DNA from: Candidatus Rokuibacteriota bacterium
GTDB lineage: Bacteria > Methylomirabilota > Methylomirabilia > Rokubacteriales > DASRDR01
NCBI GenBank assembly: GCA_044866005.1
Contig: JBIOTN010000041.1
Location: forward strand, 1-10,787
Length of the DNA: 10,787 bases
Reading direction: 5' to 3'
The position numbers were made by a program, and so were the translations under genes. The notes beneath the pieces are model-generated. The model made no database searches, had not been told where the DNA came from, and saw only the letters and a list, made by a program, of their open reading frames with translations. Below, piece after piece: positions 6,685 to 10,787 of this stretch; position 1 is the stretch's first letter, and each line of letters begins with the position of its first letter.

Positions 6685-7800
6685 TCAGCTCCGCCCGCGG
6701 ACCCAGAGGTCGGGCCACTGGTCGTTCGCCTCGTGGTGGGTGAGGCGCACGGCCTGCTCCGCCGGCGTCCCGACCTCCCAGACGAAGACCTCGTAGTCCG
6801 CGCGATCGTGCTCGTGCCCCTCCGCCGCGGCGCCCCAGACGAGCCAGCGGCCGTCGTTCGAGAGCTTGGGGAAGTACTCGTGGCTGTACGCGCCGGGGAG
6901 GTCCATGAAGACGCGGCGATCGGTGCCGTCCGGCCGGCCCGCCATCACCTTGGTGCCCCCGGTCCCCCCGGTCTCGATCCAGACGACGGTCTGCCCGTCC
7001 GGAGCCCAGGTCGTCTGGCAGGCCTGCTGCCGGGTGACGGGGACCACGGTCCGCGTCGCCAGATCGAAGACCACCGCGCCCGAAAACCGGCCGGCCGTCC
7101 ACGACACGCCGTGGAACGTCCCCCGCAGGCCGAAGGCGAGCCGCCGGCCGTCCGGCGCGAGCTCGAAGTCGCCGATCTCGCCGACACCCGGGAACTCCCG
7201 CGTCCCGTCGAGGACCAGGCTCTCCTGCCGGGTCGCGAGGTCGTAGCGGAACACCCGGGTCTCGCGATGGAAGAGGACGGCGCGCCCGTCGGCCGTCCAC
7301 GTGGGATGGTACCCGCCCTGCGCGATCCGGCGCTCGCCGGTGCCGTCCGTGTTGACCAGGAAGACGTCCCAGGCGGTCGGCTCCCGGAAGCTCACCCACT
7401 CGCGCTGGCTCCGGAGGAAGACGACCTGCTTGCCGTCCGGCGAGAAGCGGGAGGCGAAGTCGACGTTCGGGTGGGTCGTGAGGCGGCGGACCGCCTGCTC
7501 CCGCAGGTCGAGCAGGTAGAGATCGTGGTTGCCACCGCGGTTCGAGGACCAGACGATGAGGCCGTCCAGTCGCCGCGCCAGGGCCGCCACCGCCTCCCTC
7601 TCGGGCCCCGTCAGGGCGTTGAGCCGGGTGCCCCTGGGGGCCCGCGGCGGGAACAGGCGCGTCCAGAGCCGCTCCGGGAGCCGGGCCACGTCGGCGAGCG
7701 GCTTCGGGAGGTCGTCGGCGACCCGCGGGAGCGCCGCCACCGCGCCGCCGAAGAAGAGCAGGCCCAGGAGGCCGAGAAGCGAGGCTTTCCGAACCATCAT
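6685..7800 (-). CDS. Exported TolB-like PD40/WD40-like beta-propeller protein, 371 aa
   Basis: True start is ATG 7800 (ATGA overlap with the upstream stop), not 8778. Signal/anchor [23 protein letters not shown]. Repeats include IVWSSNRGGNHDLYLLDL, RFSPDGKQVVF, PTWTADGRAVLF, LAPDGRRLAF, TWAPDGQTVVW, PKLSNDGRWLVW and RLTHHEANDQWPDLW. Confidence 0.9.
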   Translation of the reverse strand: MMVRKASLLGLLGLLFFGGAVAALPRVADDLPKPLADVARLPERLWTRLFPPRAPRGTRLNALTGPEREAVAALARRLDGLIVWSSNRGGNHDLYLLDLREQAVRRLTTHPNVDFASRFSPDGKQVVFLRSQREWVSFREPTAWDVFLVNTDGTGERRIAQGGYHPTWTADGRAVLFHRETRVFRYDLATRQESLVLDGTREFPGVGEIGDFELAPDGRRLAFGLRGTFHGVSWTAGRFSGAVVFDLATRTVVPVTRQQACQTTWAPDGQTVVWIETGGTGGTKVMAGRPDGTDRRVFMDLPGAYSHEYFPKLSNDGRWLVWGAAAEGHEHDRADYEVFVWEVGTPAEQAVRLTHHEANDQWPDLWVRGRS

Positions 7801-8975
7801 GACTGCCTCTTGGCGTTCCGCCCGGCCCACGGCCCCATGATCCAGACGAGGGCCAGCAGGCCGAGACCGTAGTCGTGGATTTGCGAGAGCCCGTGGAAGG
7901 CGGTGGCGGCGAGCGTGGCCAGCGCCTTCGGGAGCCCGAGCCAGTAGGCGAAGCCGAGGGCCCCGGCGGTCTCGTAGGGGCCCAGGCTCGCGATCGTGGG
8001 GAGCGGAAGCGAAGCCGCCAGCTCCGCGCCGGCCACGCTCAGGAAGACGCGCAGGAAGTCGAGGCTCCACCAGGCCTGTCCCTGCCCGACCAGGAGCGCC
8101 TGGAGCAGGCAGTAGTAGGCGCCGTACTTCGCCAGCCGCAGGCCGACCGAGAGCAGCAGCGCCGGCACCAGCGTCCGGGCCACGCCGAGGCCGCGCACCT
8201 CCGCCCCTGCGCGCTCGAGCGGCCGCGCGGCCCGCGCCAGCGCGCCCGGCAGCCGCCGGGCGACCCGCGCGGCGACGCCGAAGGCCGGGGCCAGGAAGAC
8301 GAGCGCGAGGGTCGAGCCGAGCAGGAGCAGCAGGCTCCCGGCCACCAGCGCGGGCAACGGCAGCGGCGCCGCGCCGACCGCGACCACGGCGAGCAGGAGC
8401 AGCGGCGCCAGCGCGAGGGAGTCCAGGACGAAGGAGAGCGCGAAGGACGCGATCGCCGCCTCCGCCGGCAGTCCGAGCCGCGCCGTCACCAGGTAGATGT
8501 AGCTGGCCGCGGCGCCCGTCCGGGCGGGCAGGAAGTCGACGAAGAGGTTCCGGACGAGGGTGACGAGCGTGAGCGGCCAGAGCGGCGCACGGCGCTCGAG
8601 GAGGAGCCAGTAGCGGAGCGTGCGGAGGACGAGCGCCACGAGGGAGACCAGGAGGAAGCCGAGGAGTCCCGGAAGCGAGATCGCGGCGACCATCGGGCCG
8701 AGCGCCCGCGGGTCCACCCGGTGGGCCACGAACAGGTAGGCGAGGATCCCGCCCGAGACCAGGACGGCCGCGGCCCACTGGAGGAGCGGTCGGCGGGCAC
8801 GCTGGGGAACCGGGGCGGGGGGCCGCCCGCCGCCTGGCCCGACGGGCGGCGGGGCGAGCGTGCGGGAGGCCGAGCCGTCCCCGCCCTCGCGCCAGGCCGC
8901 GCCGCCGGCCGCCGGCCCACCCGTGAAGCCTGAAGCCGTCGGGGCGGCCGCGTCGCGTGGCGCGTCACGCCTCAT
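7797..8975 (-). CDS. Flippase-like membrane protein (UPF0104 / lysylphosphatidylglycerol synthase TM domain family), 392 aa
   Basis: Start is ATG 8975 (ATGA overlap with the acyltransferase stop), not 9620. Motifs [26 protein letters not shown] and [14 protein letters not shown] fit the family, with many TM helices. About 60 N-terminal residues are Pro/Ala/Gly-rich. Confidence 0.85.
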   Translation of the reverse strand: MRRDAPRDAAAPTASGFTGGPAAGGAAWREGGDGSASRTLAPPPVGPGGGRPPAPVPQRARRPLLQWAAAVLVSGGILAYLFVAHRVDPRALGPMVAAISLPGLLGFLLVSLVALVLRTLRYWLLLERRAPLWPLTLVTLVRNLFVDFLPARTGAAASYIYLVTARLGLPAEAAIASFALSFVLDSLALAPLLLLAVVAVGAAPLPLPALVAGSLLLLLGSTLALVFLAPAFGVAARVARRLPGALARAARPLERAGAEVRGLGVARTLVPALLLSVGLRLAKYGAYYCLLQALLVGQGQAWWSLDFLRVFLSVAGAELAASLPLPTIASLGPYETAGALGFAYWLGLPKALATLAATAFHGLSQIHDYGLGLLALVWIMGPWAGRNAKRQS

Positions 8976-9727
8976 TCGCGCGCCCGCCGGTCGCGGATGA
9001 CCCGCGCGGGCGCGCCGGCCGCGACGGCGAAGGGCGGGATGTCCTCGGTCACCACGGCGTGGGCACCGACGACCGCGTCGTGCCCGACGCTCACGCCGTC
9101 CAGGACGATCGCGCCGGCCCCGAGCCACCCGCCGCGCCCGATGTCGATGCCCTTCGAGGGCCGGGCCTGGCGGAGGACGGGGACGTCCGTGCGCCCGAAC
9201 TCGTGGCCGCCGCCCACCACGTAGCAGTAGGCCGCGAGCAGCGTATCGGCCCCGATCCGGACCGACGAGGCGGAGAAGATCGCGCACTGGTAGGAGACGT
9301 TCACGCCGTCCTCGAGGACGATGTCGCCGTCCTTGCACGCCACGATCGTGTTGCGGCCGAGGAACACGCGGCGGCCGATCCGGATGCCCTCGTTCGCGGT
9401 CCCCTTGGCGTCCAGCACGCAGCCGTCGTCCACGGCGACGTCGTCGCCCAAACGGATCTTCCGCGGGTGGCGCAGGGTGACGTTGACGCCGAACGCGACG
9501 TTCCGGCCGCACGCGCCGAGCAGTCGCGGGTAGAGCAGGCGACGGAGGACGAAGCCGAGCGCGCCGGGCACCCACGAGGCGAGCAGCATCACGGCCTCGT
9601 AGCGGAGGAGCGGCCACCACCCGCGCTCGCCGACGAACAGGTCCATGTAGCGCTCGATGGCCGAGCGGCGGTCGTCGAAGAGCGCCCCGGGGACGTCGGT
9701 CAGTCGCTCCTCGGGCCGGGCGTTCAT
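8972..9727 (-). CDS. Left-handed beta-helix (hexapeptide repeat) O-acyl/acetyltransferase, 251 aa
   Basis: Start is ATG 9727 (MNARPEERL..., ATGA overlap), not 10576. Hexapeptide repeats [45 protein letters not shown], and [50 protein letters not shown]. Confidence 0.92.
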   Translation of the reverse strand: MNARPEERLTDVPGALFDDRRSAIERYMDLFVGERGWWPLLRYEAVMLLASWVPGALGFVLRRLLYPRLLGACGRNVAFGVNVTLRHPRKIRLGDDVAVDDGCVLDAKGTANEGIRIGRRVFLGRNTIVACKDGDIVLEDGVNVSYQCAIFSASSVRIGADTLLAAYCYVVGGGHEFGRTDVPVLRQARPSKGIDIGRGGWLGAGAIVLDGVSVGHDAVVGAHAVVTEDIPPFAVAAGAPARVIRDRRARE

Positions 9728-10698
9728 GGCAGGCGCTCGCGCGGTCGCGCCGGCACCGGGAGTCCGCCGGGGAACAGGTAGGCGACGGCCCCGGGGAGGA
9801 GCGCGATCAGGTAGAGCACCGTGGAGAGCCCCACGATGGAGAAGGCGTCGGTCCAGCCGACCCCGAGGAGGCTGGCGAGCGAGACGAAGGAGAGTTCGAG
9901 GAACCCGAGCCCGCCCAGGCTCACCGGCAGGCGGGCCACCAGGTAGACGATCGGCACCGTGGCGATGTAGAAGGTCCAGCCGGGATCGAGGCCCAGGGCC
10001 CGGCCCGCCAGGTAGTGGATCACCACCGGAAATGCGCCCTCCAGGAGGGTCAGCCCGAAGAACGCCACGACGAGGCGCGCCGAGCTCGCGTAGCTCGCGT
10101 AGGCCTCGCCACAGGCCCGGAGCACGCTGCGCCAGCCTCGCTCGCCGCCCAGTCGCGCCGCGGCCCAGCGCGCCACCCGGAAGGAGAAGGGGAACGCGAG
10201 AAACGCGGCCAGGACCGCGCCCGCGAAGGCCCAGCGCTCGCCCGGCCCGATCTTGGCGCCGAGGCCGAGGGCGATCAGCGTGCCGATGGAGATCGTGGCG
10301 AGGACGGCCTGAGCCAGGGCCCCGACGATCCGCTCGAGCACGACGGAGGCGAGGAGGCCGGGGGTGCGGCCGCCGCCCGCCAGCGTGGCGATCCGCACGG
10401 CGTCGGCGCCGACGGTCATCGGCAGGAAATAGCCCGCGAACGAGGCGAGATAGTAGGCGCGGACCGCGGCCCAGAGGCTCACCGCCGCCTCGCGCCCCCG
10501 GATCAGGAGCCACCACTTCCACGCCATCAGCAGCCGGTCCGCCGTGGCGAGCCCCAGGACCAGGAGGAGGAACCACGGCTCGGCGCCCGCGAGGCGGCTC
10601 GTGAGCTGGCTGCGATCGACGAAGGCGATGAGGAGGGCGAGGAGCCCCACGCTCACGCCGACGCGGAACAGGAACGAGGCGCGACCTCGTCCAGCCAC
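9724..10698 (-). CDS. Flippase-like membrane protein (UPF0104 / lysylphosphatidylglycerol synthase TM domain family), 324 aa
   Basis: Motifs [43 protein letters not shown] and [12 protein letters not shown], with multiple TM helices. GTG start. Confidence 0.9.
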   Translation of the reverse strand: MAGRGRASFLFRVGVSVGLLALLIAFVDRSQLTSRLAGAEPWFLLLVLGLATADRLLMAWKWWLLIRGREAAVSLWAAVRAYYLASFAGYFLPMTVGADAVRIATLAGGGRTPGLLASVVLERIVGALAQAVLATISIGTLIALGLGAKIGPGERWAFAGAVLAAFLAFPFSFRVARWAAARLGGERGWRSVLRACGEAYASYASSARLVVAFFGLTLLEGAFPVVIHYLAGRALGLDPGWTFYIATVPIVYLVARLPVSLGGLGFLELSFVSLASLLGVGWTDAFSIVGLSTVLYLIALLPGAVAYLFPGGLPVPARPRERLP

Positions 10699-10743
10699 CG
10701 AACCCCTACGCTCCCTCGAGGCCGGGCCGAGAACCGAGCAGCC

Positions 10744-10787
10744 CTAGTTCTTCGGAGGGGGCCTCGACGGCCCCCTCCGAGACCTCC
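10744..10787 (+). repeat. REP-like palindromic element, copy 2 (CTAG + 12-bp inverted repeat + GACCTCC tail), probably cut by the window end
   Basis: Plus strand reads CTAGTTCT-TCGGAGGGGGCC-TCGAC-GGCCCCCTCCGA-GACCTCC. Arms 10752-10763 and 10769-10780 are perfectly complementary. Same architecture as 3036..3076, in opposite orientation. Confidence 0.75.

Noticed and set aside
5728..6687. TolB-like, UbiA and GT-C genes share a frame and are separated only by TGA codons, with a 5-bp hairpin (5729-5743) after the UbiA TGA; possible read-through or selenocysteine recoding
   Set aside because: Shared frame at two junctions arises easily by chance. Each gene has its own ATG, the hairpin is tiny and not SECIS-like, and the TGAs lie at natural protein ends.
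2357..7399. 1680-aa minus-strand ORF overlapping four genes
   Set aside because: Arg/Gly/Pro/Ala-rich with no motifs. The four real genes share one frame, and this frame puts their G/C-rich third codon positions first, so stop codons (which begin with T) are rare. It is a shadow frame.
6685..7800. Assigning the gene symbol tolB
   Set aside because: No TolB N-terminal domain and no tolQRA/pal context; only the PD40 propeller is shared.
6685..10576. Extended N-termini in the ORF track (starts 8778, 9620, 10576) implying large fusion proteins
   Set aside because: The extensions are off-frame translations of the upstream genes. ATGA overlaps define starts at 7800, 8975 and 9727.
3067..10604. 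Long plus-strand ORFs 3067..5196, 5353..7872, 7875..8933, 8957..9781, 9657..10604 and small nested ORFs
   Set aside because: Antisense shadows of minus-strand genes, typical of high-GC DNA.
1..10787. CRISPR array, tRNA/rRNA, transposase, integrase or defence genes
   Set aside because: No regularly spaced repeats, RNA gene signatures or relevant protein motifs were seen; nearly the whole window is explained by the nine minus-strand CDSs.

Overview
Very GC-rich bacterial DNA (roughly 70-75% GC by eye). The style of the intergenic palindromes suggests Candidatus Rokubacteria/Methylomirabilota, which is inference only. All real genes are on the minus strand and form a cell-envelope, lipid-linked glycosylation locus in two apparent modules. 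Module A, in transcription order: flippase-like protein (UPF0104/LPG-synthase TM), hexapeptide-repeat acyltransferase, second flippase-like protein, exported TolB-like PD40 beta-propeller, UbiA-family decaprenyl-phosphate phosphoribosyltransferase-like enzyme, and an 884-aa GT-C-like membrane glycosyltransferase ending in an ILEI/PANDER (FAM3/POMGnT1-stem type) domain. A REP-like hairpin follows. Module B has its own sigma70-like, near-leaderless promoter overlapped by an inverted repeat. It contains a 169-aa putative DNA-binding protein, a DPM1/Ppm1-like GT2, and a second GT-C paralog that runs off the left edge and is missing from the ORF track. In each module a lipid-sugar donor synthase sits directly upstream of a GT-C paralog. 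Two related CTAG-anchored hairpin repeats flank module A in inverted orientation. The long plus-strand ORFs and the 1680-aa minus-strand ORF are GC-driven shadow frames.
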